Positions 1-8,211 of a DNA stretch of 64,000 bases are shown here, one piece after another. Numbering within the stretch: position 1 is the first letter of the stretch; each line of letters starts with the position of its first letter. The stretch is from a virus. The translations under genes were made by a program, and so were the position numbers. The stretch spans positions 1 to 64,000 of the IMG/VR virus record IMGVR_UViG_3300045988_108509. One strand, 5' to 3'. A model generated the notes under the pieces. It was not told the DNA's origin and searched no databases. It was given only the letters and a program-made list of their open reading frames with translations.

Positions 1-20
1 GAGAGGGAGGGCACTCCCTA

Positions 21-200
21 CCAACAAAATTCAACTCCCTACCAACAAAATTCAATAGATAAGCGTTTTAAAACAGTGTTCTGTAGATCATTTCCACAAA
101 ATTCAATAGATAAGCGTTTTAAAACAGTGTTCTGTAGATCATTTCCACAAAATTCAATATGATAAGGGTTTAAAACAGCATTATATAGGTTCCTTCCAAC
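21..200. repeat. Tandem direct repeats: ~51-bp unit CAAAATTCAATAGATAAGCGTTTTAAAACAGTGTTCTGTAGATCATTTCCA at 46-96 and 97-147 (identical), degenerate third copy 148-~198, partial copy 21-45; candidate iteron/origin or terminal-repeat region
   Basis: Read directly: CAAAATTCAATAG motif recurs at 46, 97 and 148 with a 51-bp period. Non-coding, located upstream of the first gene. Confidence 0.8.
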
Positions 201-268
201 AGATTAAGGGTTGAGGACTGCATTATGTGAGTATTTTTTTTTTAAGCGGGATGTTTAACAATTAAAAT

Positions 269-538
269 ATGGATGGTATGAACGTATATGACTTTGCGCC
301 TGACTTAGATTTGAGTAAGGAGGTAGAAGGTTCTATTTTCGGGGTAAAAGGAATAGAAGGCAGTGATGGAATAGTATATGCTAAGGTAGTTAGCTGTGTA
401 GACGTTAAGGATTACAGTTGTGATAGGTGTATTTTTTATGATTGTTATAAGGATAAATGTTTATTATCGCGTAGTGATAGTTGTATAGATGGAGATTGGA
501 TTTGTAGGTACGAACAGGCTGCCATAGAGGGGGAGTAG
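269..538 (+). CDS. small Cys-rich protein (paralog of 1689..1937 and 28712..28909)
   Basis: ORF track; shared pattern F-P-DL(S)-KE-G-F...VKVV...C-D-C-F...C-LS-S-DW-C with ORF 1689. Confidence 0.55.
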   Translation: MDGMNVYDFAPDLDLSKEVEGSIFGVKGIEGSDGIVYAKVVSCVDVKDYSCDRCIFYDCYKDKCLLSRSDSCIDGDWICRYEQAAIEGE

Positions 539-640
539 GCGGCGCCTTGGGCTAAGGCCTGCGGTTGTAGGTGGAACGTAGGTCGGAGCAGAGCCTGGAC
601 AGTTTATTGTGGAACGTAAAAAAGAAGGAGGAGATAGCGA

Positions 641-789
641 ATGTTTGTCATAGAAATAGTGCTGATAGCTATTTTAGATGCTATGGCGCAAGTGAGAAAA
701 ATTTCTTCATTAATTTTCTTATGCTTTAGACAGAATGCTCCCGTCTGCGAAGATCGGAGCATTTGCTTTATGGGATTCATGGTGCAGTA
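641..789 (+). CDS. 49-aa small ORF with strong SD (AAGAAGGAGGAG-N8-ATG); overlaps the conserved hairpin, so it is doubtful
   Basis: Hand translation gives MFVIEIVLIAILDAMAQVRKISSLIFLCFRQNAPVCEDRSICFMGFMVQ. It is below the ORF-track size cutoff. Confidence 0.2.
733..770 (+). terminator. conserved-loop hairpin family member D: stem GAATGCTCC/GGAGCATTT, loop CGTCTGCGAAGATC, then TTGCTTTA
   Basis: Inverted repeat read directly. The loop matches the family consensus YGGYCTGTGAAGRTAK. Confidence 0.45.
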
Positions 790-815
790 GGTCGGTTCGA
801 TTCCGGCGATCTCAC
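771..815 (+). other. tRNA-like T-arm/acceptor minihelix element 1 (TGGGATT...GTCGG-TTCGATT-CCGGC-GATCTCA-C); not a complete tRNA
   Basis: Canonical T-loop GGTTCGATTCC with a 5-bp T-stem. The 3' acceptor-like 7-mer pairs with TGGGATT at 771-777. No D-arm or anticodon arm could be placed. Confidence 0.4.
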
Positions 816-844
816 ACAATATTAAAAACAAAGGAGGAAAGAAA

Positions 845-1186
845 ATGAAAGATGGTATTACATTACATCCAGAACACGGATTGAATCCGTCTATAGAAGT
901 CTGCATGATATGTGGCGAAGAGATGGGGATTGTTTTATTAGGGAATAACATCAAAGGGCAGGCGCCGCATCATATATGCACGGGAGAAATATGTGACAAT
1001 TGCAAAAAGATAATAGATGACGGAGGTTGTTTTATTATCGAAGTCGAGGATGGATCAGATCAAAAGAATCCGTATCGTACAGGGAGATATTGCGCGATAA
1101 AGAAAGAAGCAGCAAAGAAAATACTTGGACAGGAGCATAATATTGTGTACATGGAAAAGTCTGCATACAGTCAAATAATACCATAA
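845..1186 (+). CDS. zinc-ribbon protein (CxxC...CxxC), hypothetical
   Basis: ORF track; strong SD AAAGGAGGAAAGAAA before the ATG. Confidence 0.6.
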   Translation: MKDGITLHPEHGLNPSIEVCMICGEEMGIVLLGNNIKGQAPHHICTGEICDNCKKIIDDGGCFIIEVEDGSDQKNPYRTGRYCAIKKEAAKKILGQEHNIVYMEKSAYSQIIP

Positions 1187-1200
1187 AAATAAAGAAGGAT

Positions 1201-1515
1201 ATGTTTACAAAAGAAGAGCGATTATTCATATGGAAAAAGGTATATGAGATGATTGATAGGTTAGAGAATGGGGAATACATATGTGTTGCGTTAAGAAATG
1301 TAGTGTTTATGTATCTCAAAACACATAAAAATATATATAAGTTTCGTTCAGACGAAATGGTGAGAATATATTTCCCGGAATTGGAGGAGAAGATAAGTAT
1401 GGCCACAGAACCAGAGGGAACAAGAGCGTTTTATGGGTGGTTTGGTTGTCTTAGTCCAGAAACGAAGGAGGTAAGGCTGAGTATTGTGAAAGATATTATA
1501 AAAGAATTAGAATAG
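1201..1515 (+). CDS. hypothetical protein
   Basis: ORF track; compact spacing after the previous gene. Confidence 0.5.
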   Translation: MFTKEERLFIWKKVYEMIDRLENGEYICVALRNVVFMYLKTHKNIYKFRSDEMVRIYFPELEEKISMATEPEGTRAFYGWFGCLSPETKEVRLSIVKDIIKELE

Positions 1516-1561
1516 TATTTTTGTTAATCTATTTTATTCATCAAATTAAGTTTTGGGCTTT

Positions 1562-1603
1562 GGCATGTCGGTTCGTGAGGATAGACATGCCTATTTCTGT
1601 ATC
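1562..1603 (+). terminator. conserved-loop hairpin family member E: stem GGCATGT/ACATGCC, loop CGGTTCGTGAGGATAG, then TATTTCTGTATC
   Basis: Inverted repeat read directly. The loop matches the family consensus. Confidence 0.45.
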
Positions 1604-1606
1604 ATA

Positions 1607-1668
1607 GAGGGATGACGCGGCGTGCCGGTGCGTATGTGCCGGTCCTGGTTCGATTCTGGGCATCTCAC
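1607..1668 (+). other. tRNA-like T-arm/acceptor element 2 (AGGGATG...CCTGG-TTCGATT-CTGGG-CATCTCA-C); downstream 25 nt nearly identical to element 1
   Basis: The GGTTCGATTC T-loop and the ATCTCACA(A/C)AATA(T)TAAAAAC tail are shared with 791-835. The 30-nt internal spacer is too short for D and anticodon arms. Confidence 0.4.
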
Positions 1669-1688
1669 AAATAATAAAACATAATTAT

Positions 1689-1937
1689 ATGGAAGTAATA
1701 ACATTCGGTCCGAACATGGATTTGTCTTCTAAAGAAGCAGGGGATGTATTTAGATTAAAATTGTATGGCATAGAGTATGAGGTCAAAGTAGTTGGTGACG
1801 ACGAAGATCCTCTTATGTTCTGCAAAGATTGTATATTTTTTAACAACTCCGAACGGTGTTCACTCTCAGAATCGCAAGACTGGTGCTTAAAAAAGCAAGT
1901 TGTTTACTGTAAAATAAGACATGATGGGGGAATTTAA
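1689..1937 (+). CDS. small Cys-rich protein (paralog of 269..538)
   Basis: ORF track; motif sharing with ORF 269. Confidence 0.55.
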   Translation: MEVITFGPNMDLSSKEAGDVFRLKLYGIEYEVKVVGDDEDPLMFCKDCIFFNNSERCSLSESQDWCLKKQVVYCKIRHDGGI

Positions 1938-2118
1938 TGCGAAAGACGCCAATTTCTTATGGCGTCAAATTGGTAGGATTGATGGGGTGATAGAAACTCT
2001 GAACCGTACCGAAGGAGAGATGCCGGAAATTATAGCCGGAGTGCTAAAAAGAATAAGAGACGATATAGATAAGTTTGTAGATAATAAAACGAAAGATTAT
2101 GAGAATATACAAGAATGA
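1921..2118 (+). CDS. hypothetical protein
   Basis: ORF track; 17-nt overlap with the previous ORF. Confidence 0.4.
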   Translation: MMGEFNAKDANFLWRQIGRIDGVIETLNRTEGEMPEIIAGVLKRIRDDIDKFVDNKTKDYENIQE

Positions 2119-2332
2119 TATTATAAAGGCGTCAGTAATAAGCACCGGAGCCGACAGAGGTGTGTTGCTGTGTTCAATAACAGATTCAGGCTTTACGTCT
2201 ATAGCGGGCGTAATATCGGCTGTTAAGGATAAGTTACCAAACGAAGATCACAAGAAGATGGTTTTTGAAATCTTGAATGATACGAAAAAAGAGTACGGAA
2301 GATATAATAATTGCGGAACAAAAGTATTGTAA
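2099..2332 (+). CDS. hypothetical protein
   Basis: ORF track. Confidence 0.4.
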   Translation: MRIYKNDIIKASVISTGADRGVLLCSITDSGFTSIAGVISAVKDKLPNEDHKKMVFEILNDTKKEYGRYNNCGTKVL

Positions 2333-2389
2333 TAAAGAGTAGAAAACAATATGTTTATATAATATTAGTTTTTTCATTTTTATTGAAAG

Positions 2390-2427
2390 GAGCGCCGGCC
2401 TGTGAAGGTATGCGCTCTTTGTATTTG
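2390..2427 (+). terminator. conserved-loop hairpin family member A: stem GAGCGC/GCGCTC, loop CGGCCTGTGAAGGTAT, then TTTGTATTTG
   Basis: Read directly. It sits in the intergenic gap after the stop at 2332. Confidence 0.5.
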
Positions 2428-2451
2428 TATAATACATAAAACAATAATAAT

Positions 2452-2706
2452 ATGACAGATAATAACATAGATGTGAATATCGTACCTTTAAGGAATGGTG
2501 CGAAACGAGTTGTGGTATCATATTATCATTATTCACGCAAGGACAAAAATCACATGAGTTCTCAAACGGATTACGTGTGGGAAACAAAGAATGAAGAAAT
2601 GTTTAAATACTTTGAGGCCAGGAGGACAAAAGTATTTTATAGTCAGATTCGTGCCATGTGTAGATTCTATGGCAAGAAAAATGTACGTAAATACAAAAAG
2701 CTATGA
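2452..2706 (+). CDS. hypothetical basic protein
   Basis: ORF track. Confidence 0.45.
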   Translation: MTDNNIDVNIVPLRNGAKRVVVSYYHYSRKDKNHMSSQTDYVWETKNEEMFKYFEARRTKVFYSQIRAMCRFYGKKNVRKYKKL

Positions 2707-3512
2707 TATTAAAAACGACAACCAACGAGTTTTGTTTCATCAGCGTAAGTTTCTATGAAACAATAGCAGATCCTCGATATTTCTTTGAACAAGATTATGA
2801 AGAGATGCCGGAATATGAGGAAGAATCGGATTTTGATTTTGATTCTTATTGCAATAAGTTTATTCCTTTTGTACAGGAATGGGCGAATGAGGTAAGTGAA
2901 CGCCTTTACGGATATGGCGTGAATAACATAAAGGCAACATCGGTCGGACATCCGAGAGAATATAATTATGGTACTGATTGGATGAACGTAGAGGTAGAGT
3001 TTTGTGATGAATGGAGGCAAAAGATGTTATCTAACATTGGTAAGATTGTCAATGATGATAAATGCAAGAAGTATGCGGAGGCTAATTACCGGTCGGTACC
3101 AGGATACATCTTTTTAGGGCCTGAAGATTTAAAGGAATTTGAAAAGGAAATAATAGAAAGAAAGTCAGATTCGGGATATGATGTAACAATATTATTAAAT
3201 ATGTATCTAACTTTGGCTTTTGTAAAAGAATTTGGATTTAAAGCCGGAGAAGCGTGGAGTGATATAACAGGACATGCTTACGAATGTTTGTCGTATTCTG
3301 ATTTTGCAACAATAGAAACACTTATACAAGAAGGTTCGGAATATTTATTCAAAGACGTTTACACAGCGAAGGCCGACGAATTGTATCATCATGTCCTGGA
3401 TAAATTCGGATGGGCGTGGCGTGATCCGAAATATAAATCGGAAACAGAATTATGCGCGATGTTAAAGTGGGCAAAAGAGAAAGGCTTAACCATTGAAGAG
3501 TTAAGTATTTAA
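2703..3512 (+). CDS. hypothetical protein (269 aa)
   Basis: ORF track; no recognisable motifs. Confidence 0.55.
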   Translation: MILKTTTNEFCFISVSFYETIADPRYFFEQDYEEMPEYEEESDFDFDSYCNKFIPFVQEWANEVSERLYGYGVNNIKATSVGHPREYNYGTDWMNVEVEFCDEWRQKMLSNIGKIVNDDKCKKYAEANYRSVPGYIFLGPEDLKEFEKEIIERKSDSGYDVTILLNMYLTLAFVKEFGFKAGEAWSDITGHAYECLSYSDFATIETLIQEGSEYLFKDVYTAKADELYHHVLDKFGWAWRDPKYKSETELCAMLKWAKEKGLTIEELSI

Positions 3513-3525
3513 TTGTTAAACATAA

Positions 3526-3570
3526 GGCAGTAGTGGTGCGTGAGTATAGGTGCTGCCGTTAAAATATTTT
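3526..3570 (+). terminator. conserved-loop hairpin family member B: stem GGCAG/CTGCC, loop containing GTGCGTGAGTATAG, then GTTAAAATATTTT
   Basis: Read directly. It lies 14 nt after the stop at 3512. This copy is the most divergent. Confidence 0.35.
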
Positions 3571-3575
3571 ATAAG

Positions 3576-3824
3576 ATGAAAAAAGAAGAGATTCAAACTA
3601 TTTTATACACAATCAAAGAAGGAGACAGTATTAAGATCAAAGTACAAGACAAAAGTGAAGAGATAAGACTGCGGGATCATGTAAGAAGAACGCAGAAATA
3701 CGGATACAGGTTTTGTTTGTCTCATTTGTATGATGGAATTTTCTATCTGGAGAAGTTGGAAGAAGGGGATAAGGATAAATACTATAGAGTAATAAACAGA
3801 GGAAATGGAAAGACCGGAGTATAA
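3576..3824 (+). CDS. hypothetical protein (start moved to the first ATG, MKKEEIQ...)
   Basis: ORF track 3540..3824 has a GTG start that overlaps the hairpin. ATG at 3576 is preferred. Confidence 0.45.
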   Translation: MKKEEIQTILYTIKEGDSIKIKVQDKSEEIRLRDHVRRTQKYGYRFCLSHLYDGIFYLEKLEEGDKDKYYRVINRGNGKTGV

Positions 3825-4098
3825 TAAGCTACGCAAAATGGTTAAGACTACTCCAGGTCTGATAGTGGACGAGGTGCAAAACATGATGCGTGTATCGCTA
3901 TACGATAATGGGGAACTTAAGAAGGTGGTAGTAGTAATGAAATGCGATTCTTTTTTACAGTCAAAAAGTAACATAGAAAAGATAATGTTATTATCATCTT
4001 CTATAGAAGATAGAAAAAAAAAAGAAAAAAATAAAACAAAATCAGAAAATGAACAGAATAACAAAAATAAGAGAAGAAATAGGAGGAAAACAGGTTGA
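3805..4098 (+). CDS. hypothetical protein with Lys/Arg-rich C-terminus
   Basis: ORF track. Confidence 0.4.
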   Translation: MERPEYNKLRKMVKTTPGLIVDEVQNMMRVSLYDNGELKKVVVVMKCDSFLQSKSNIEKIMLLSSSIEDRKKKEKNKTKSENEQNNKNKRRNRRKTG

Positions 4099-4432
4099 TT
4101 TGACCTTTTACGGGCGCTTTTACAGCCTTATCGAAGGTGATAGAAAGATAATACTAAGGGCGATAAAAAACGGTCGTAAAAAAGGCGTAATCGGAGCCAT
4201 TCAGCCTGGGAGACATGATAGAATTTGGACCACATGGTCTATTGCTTTTGATGATCTGAAGGTAGGGGATACGGTAGAGTTCAGTACATCTGGAAAATAC
4301 AATCCCGGATTTCATGCTACGGAAAAGTATGTAGGGTGTGTAGAATGGATAAAAGGATCGGAATGTGCGATAAAAACCGGCAATGGAATGGCGGTAGTAT
4401 TAATTAAACACGTAGAAAGGGTAGTAAAATGA
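4049..4432 (+). CDS. hypothetical protein
   Basis: ORF track. Confidence 0.5.
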   Translation: MNRITKIREEIGGKQVDLTFYGRFYSLIEGDRKIILRAIKNGRKKGVIGAIQPGRHDRIWTTWSIAFDDLKVGDTVEFSTSGKYNPGFHATEKYVGCVEWIKGSECAIKTGNGMAVVLIKHVERVVK

Positions 4433-4713
4433 TGGGGTTGAGAGAATTTGTAGAACTTTTTGACAAGAATGAAGTAAAGAATTTGTTTAATGCATTGTCT
4501 TCATGTATAGAATACGTAAGGATAGATTTGCATGTATTTAATATAGGTGCTCATGTTGCGTGTCTGTACAGTAATAATCCTGAATTGCTTTCACAGGCAG
4601 AAGGTTGTAATGTGAATATGATAATAGAGGTGCCCTACTTGTTTGAAGCATTTATGGAATACGCTTCACCGGAACTGAAAGCTTATTATGATGAACTAAC
4701 AAGAGAAGTATGA
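4429..4713 (+). CDS. hypothetical protein
   Basis: ORF track; ATGA start/stop overlap with neighbours. Confidence 0.5.
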   Translation: MMGLREFVELFDKNEVKNLFNALSSCIEYVRIDLHVFNIGAHVACLYSNNPELLSQAEGCNVNMIIEVPYLFEAFMEYASPELKAYYDELTREV

Positions 4714-5183
4714 AAGAGGAAGTAGAACGGATAAAGAAGTTGGTAGGCATAGATCATAACAGATGGGAGCAACCTTGTACATGTGATAAATGCAAGAATA
4801 TGTGTAAGGTTCCTTGTATTGGTACGCCAAAAGACATAGAGGCTATCATAGATGCCGGATACGCTGACAGGTTAAAAGAAACAATGTGGATGGTCGGGTA
4901 TCTTGCAGTGAAAGAAAAACCAATAGCGATGATCCAGCCAACAGAAAAAGACGGGTGGTGCGCATTCCGCCAGCCGGACGGTCTCTGCGAGCTGCATGAC
5001 CGAGGACTAAAGCCGACTGAAGGAGTTCTGGCTTCTTGTAAGGTGATTGAAGAAGACGATATTCCGACATACGAAACATCCGTACTTAGAGCAGTAGCTC
5101 ATGAGTGGGTTAAGGTGGAGAACTTCGTAACTATAATGAGGGTCGTTTTTAAATTTTTGCATGAAAATGAACGTGGAAAATAA
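4710..5183 (+). CDS. Cys-rich hypothetical protein
   Basis: ORF track; CxC...CxxC...C cluster. Contains a short GC-rich island near 4960-5030. Confidence 0.5.
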   Translation: MKEEVERIKKLVGIDHNRWEQPCTCDKCKNMCKVPCIGTPKDIEAIIDAGYADRLKETMWMVGYLAVKEKPIAMIQPTEKDGWCAFRQPDGLCELHDRGLKPTEGVLASCKVIEEDDIPTYETSVLRAVAHEWVKVENFVTIMRVVFKFLHENERGK

Positions 5184-5571
5184 ATTAGACAAAGTGGTTA
5201 ATATCCTAAAAGAAAAAGGATTTGTAGTATATAGAAAGGGCGGGAAGGAGCCAGGTGTGTTTTACGCTAAAGAAGGTGACAGCCGGATAGGATTCGTTTA
5301 TCCCAACAACGGATATATATACGACAGGATAAAAATGTGGTCTTTCTCAAGGGTGTATAAACCGCATAAGAAAACAGGGTCTTCGTGCTTAATGTTTGTC
5401 AGCGACGAATTTACTATAGAGAATGCGATTAAGAACATAGAGGATAGACTGTGGGTGAATTATATAAAAGATGGTAACAGAAAACGACCAGAAGAATATA
5501 AAAATATAAGAGAATTTGTTGGTAGCTTCACTAAATTCTACAACTCTGTAGAATTAGTTGAGGTTAAGTAG
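5161..5571 (+). CDS. hypothetical protein
   Basis: ORF track. Confidence 0.5.
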   Translation: MKMNVENKLDKVVNILKEKGFVVYRKGGKEPGVFYAKEGDSRIGFVYPNNGYIYDRIKMWSFSRVYKPHKKTGSSCLMFVSDEFTIENAIKNIEDRLWVNYIKDGNRKRPEEYKNIREFVGSFTKFYNSVELVEVK

Positions 5572-5592
5572 TTTTCCATGCGAGTTAGTTGC

Positions 5593-5630
5593 CGGCACTG
5601 GTCTGTGAAGATAGGTGCCGTTTTTTTATT
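5593..5630 (+). terminator. conserved-loop hairpin family member C: stem CGGCAC/GTGCCG, loop TGGTCTGTGAAGATAG, then TTTTTTTATT (the best intrinsic-terminator-like copy)
   Basis: Read directly. It lies 22 nt after the stop at 5571 and has a strong T-tract. Confidence 0.6.
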
Positions 5631-5648
5631 CAAGAAAGGAGGACAAAG

Positions 5649-5900
5649 ATGGAGAAAAGAGACAAGAAGATGCCTTACGAGGTAGTCATACAGGAAAGAA
5701 AAAGAGTGGATTTGTACGGTAACGTAGTGTATTATATCCATTGGTTTGATAAATATGGGTACAATATCACAAAAGAATGGAAATTCTGGAGCAAGGGCCC
5801 GAAAAAGAAATATGATAGAGTTAATCGTTATCTAACGGATAGTTGGCTGAAGGAATACTGTGGGAATAACAATTTAAAGATAAGTAGAATTAAGGAATGA
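5649..5900 (+). CDS. hypothetical protein (start moved to the ATG after SD AAAGGAGGA)
   Basis: ORF track 5589..5900. The internal Met MEKRDKK is preceded by a strong SD, and upstream of it lies the terminator. Confidence 0.5.
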   Translation: MEKRDKKMPYEVVIQERKRVDLYGNVVYYIHWFDKYGYNITKEWKFWSKGPKKKYDRVNRYLTDSWLKEYCGNNNLKISRIKE

Positions 5901-6418
5901 AAACGATAAAAGTAGACAAAGTGATATTATATTACATGGATCGGGTAGACCCTGACGGGAACTTATACCGGTTCTATGTGTATAAAGGAATGGCATCTGA
6001 AATAGAATACTTTTGCACGGAAGAGGCAGGTAATATGACTATACCAATCGGAGAAGGAAAGTATATTGAAATCATGCCAAAAGAAATAGAGAAAATACCA
6101 GTAAGGGGATACAGGAGGCTTGCTGGAATATGGAATCGTGAAACATGTAACGGGAAGGGATGGTATAGGCTTTTTAATTATTTCAAATACAAGCCAGACA
6201 TATGTTATATTAAAAACATAGGGCGTGATAAAAATGGAAACACAAGATATGAAATATCATTATTTAATGCCACTATGAATGTGACAAGGTATTTTAATCT
6301 GTGGAGAATGAAGCCAGGGAAGCATGTTATGATAACAAACGAGTACGGAGTCTTGGATATTATAAAAGAAAAATTCGATAACATAAATATAGTGGAATAT
6401 AGTGGAATATGGTTCTAA
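5897..6418 (+). CDS. hypothetical protein
   Basis: ORF track; 10-bp tandem duplication ATAGTGGAAT x2 at its 3' end. Confidence 0.5.
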   Translation: MKTIKVDKVILYYMDRVDPDGNLYRFYVYKGMASEIEYFCTEEAGNMTIPIGEGKYIEIMPKEIEKIPVRGYRRLAGIWNRETCNGKGWYRLFNYFKYKPDICYIKNIGRDKNGNTRYEISLFNATMNVTRYFNLWRMKPGKHVMITNEYGVLDIIKEKFDNINIVEYSGIWF

Positions 6419-6681
6419 ATAAATTGTATAAAGAAATAGAAGAAGCAGAGGCCAGTCTGAATGCAAAAAGATTAAAGTACATCAAAGAAGCATTAGCAGA
6501 AAACAATGGAATTATAAAGCTAAAATTTAAAGAGTTTAAAGAATTTAAAGAAACTAATGATGTATTTGACTTTGACGATCAGTTTCCGGTGGTAATAGAA
6601 ATTGATGAAAATCCTATGTATTTAACGGAAGTGTATGCCAAAAAAAAACGATTTTCGTGTAGTCATGCTGGATTATACTGA
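6409..6681 (+). CDS. hypothetical protein (KEFKEFKE repeat)
   Basis: ORF track. Confidence 0.45.
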   Translation: MVLNKLYKEIEEAEASLNAKRLKYIKEALAENNGIIKLKFKEFKEFKETNDVFDFDDQFPVVIEIDENPMYLTEVYAKKKRFSCSHAGLY

Positions 6682-6764
6682 TATGACTTTTTATGATTAT
6701 AGCAATCCAGGGGAAAATGAACAGGTTGCTTATTTTATTAACTATTGCTTAAATCAAGACAAAG

Positions 6765-6953
6765 ATGGGAAAGAGTAGAAAAGATTATGAGAAGTATCTT
6801 AACTCAATATCTCCAGATAGAGACGATGAGGCATGGATCATTGGAGGAAAGAACAGGTATTGCGGTAGAGAGAATTATGGCACTATGATCAAAAGGTATG
6901 ATCCTATTGGTTTTAATGTAGGATACAGAGAGTGGGCAGAACAGCCAGATTGA
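6765..6953 (+). CDS. hypothetical protein
   Basis: ORF track. Confidence 0.35.
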   Translation: MGKSRKDYEKYLNSISPDRDDEAWIIGGKNRYCGRENYGTMIKRYDPIGFNVGYREWAEQPD

Positions 6954-7100
6954 CATACTCCCATAGCTAAAGCAAATGGGATTCTTGGATGTAAACGGAT
7001 GGAACCCCTGCATTTCTGCAACCGGAATTACCCATACTCTCCAATAACAACTTTAAGGGAGAGGAACTTGATTATTATTATAAAATAACAGATTAATATT

Positions 7101-7385
7101 ATGACAGCAGCAGAAAAATTGCGTATGGAAATAGCGTAAGAAGCACCATTTAGTAAGGACGAATTTATTAGTAAAATCTCTCGTCTAATTAAGGCGTATG
7201 GATATGCAAGTTTTATTTGCGACAAGCATATTAGAGAAACCGATGTATCGCCTAACGGTAACACGATCCGTATGGCACATGAACAAGTGGCAATTGATTT
7301 TGCTCGTTCTGAGGGTTTCTCGGTATCATATAAACATAACAGTTATGGTGTTAGATACATAGTATTCACTTTGTGTAAAATATAA
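7101..7385 (+). pseudogene. 95-codon reading frame interrupted by a single in-frame TAA at 7137-7139 (MTAAEKLRMEIA-stop-EAPFSKDEF...FTLCKI); pseudogene or readthrough candidate
   Basis: Hand translation. The 81-codon downstream part has no ATG, GTG or TTG start of its own. The 430-bp region otherwise has no ORF. Confidence 0.3.
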
Positions 7386-7389
7386 AGAC

Positions 7390-8190
7390 ATGGAAGACAG
7401 ACTTATTACAACAAAAGAAGTAGGGAATTATCGTATAAAAATATACTATGATACTGACATGGAATGTCCTTGTAAAAGTTGGGATATGGCAGCATGTTTC
7501 TTATGGGAATATAGCGATTCATACCAACTGCAAGATGTGTGCGATTGGAGAGAAGTATTTGGTAAATACGGAGATGGTCGACACTCGCTTATAGATGCAC
7601 TACATAAACTTATTAGTGAATATGTTAAATGGAAAGACTTGCTGAATTATTTTAAGAAAGGCAAGATTGACGGTTATCGACTGAGATATGATAACCATGA
7701 TAAAATGTGGTATTATAAAGAAATTTTTAGCATTTCTCCATCAGATCTTTACACGTATGATTATACGTATGAATTTATAGAAGACTTAGGATGTGAAGAA
7801 TTGATTCAGATTCTTTCAGACTTAGGCAAGGATATATTTGTCAAAGAATGGTCCACAATAGGATACAGTCAAGGGGATTATGTTAAAGGTATAGCTTTAT
7901 GTACAAAGGAGAGGTACACAAAAATGGTTAGTAATAATACTTCCGATTGGAAAACCCAAATTGACAAATTGATTGATGATGAAGTGAAATACATAGGTAT
8001 GTGGATGTGGGGAGATGTAAAGGGGTATGTGCTTGAAAAGAAAGTGAAATTTGTCAAGAAATACAAAGATGAATCCAGGGAGGATGAAGAGGGAGAAGAA
8101 TGGGAAGAGGTTAATTCCTGTTGGGGTTATTATATGGAAACAGACGAATTGATAGAAGAAATAATGAAAGAACATAATCTGAAAGAATAA
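7390..8190 (+). CDS. hypothetical protein (266 aa)
   Basis: ORF track. Confidence 0.55.
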   Translation: MEDRLITTKEVGNYRIKIYYDTDMECPCKSWDMAACFLWEYSDSYQLQDVCDWREVFGKYGDGRHSLIDALHKLISEYVKWKDLLNYFKKGKIDGYRLRYDNHDKMWYYKEIFSISPSDLYTYDYTYEFIEDLGCEELIQILSDLGKDIFVKEWSTIGYSQGDYVKGIALCTKERYTKMVSNNTSDWKTQIDKLIDDEVKYIGMWMWGDVKGYVLEKKVKFVKKYKDESREDEEGEEWEEVNSCWGYYMETDELIEEIMKEHNLKE

Positions 8191-8211
8191 GGAGATGGAG
8201 AGATCACGGGG

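Noticed and set aside
541-640. Possible tRNA or structured RNA in GC-rich stretch after ORF 269 (small hairpins GCCTT-N5-AAGGC, repeated GTGGAACGTA)
   Set aside because: No T-loop or cloverleaf was found. The hairpins are short and lack a T-tract.
733-1668. Complete tRNA genes, possibly suppressor tRNAs for the in-frame TAA codons
   Set aside because: Only the T-arm and acceptor parts are present. No D-arm, anticodon stem or UUA-containing anticodon loop could be placed. The spacers are 13 and 30 nt.
3540-3575. GTG start of ORF 3540..3824
   Set aside because: The first 36 nt lie inside conserved hairpin B. ATG at 3576 gives a cleaner gene.
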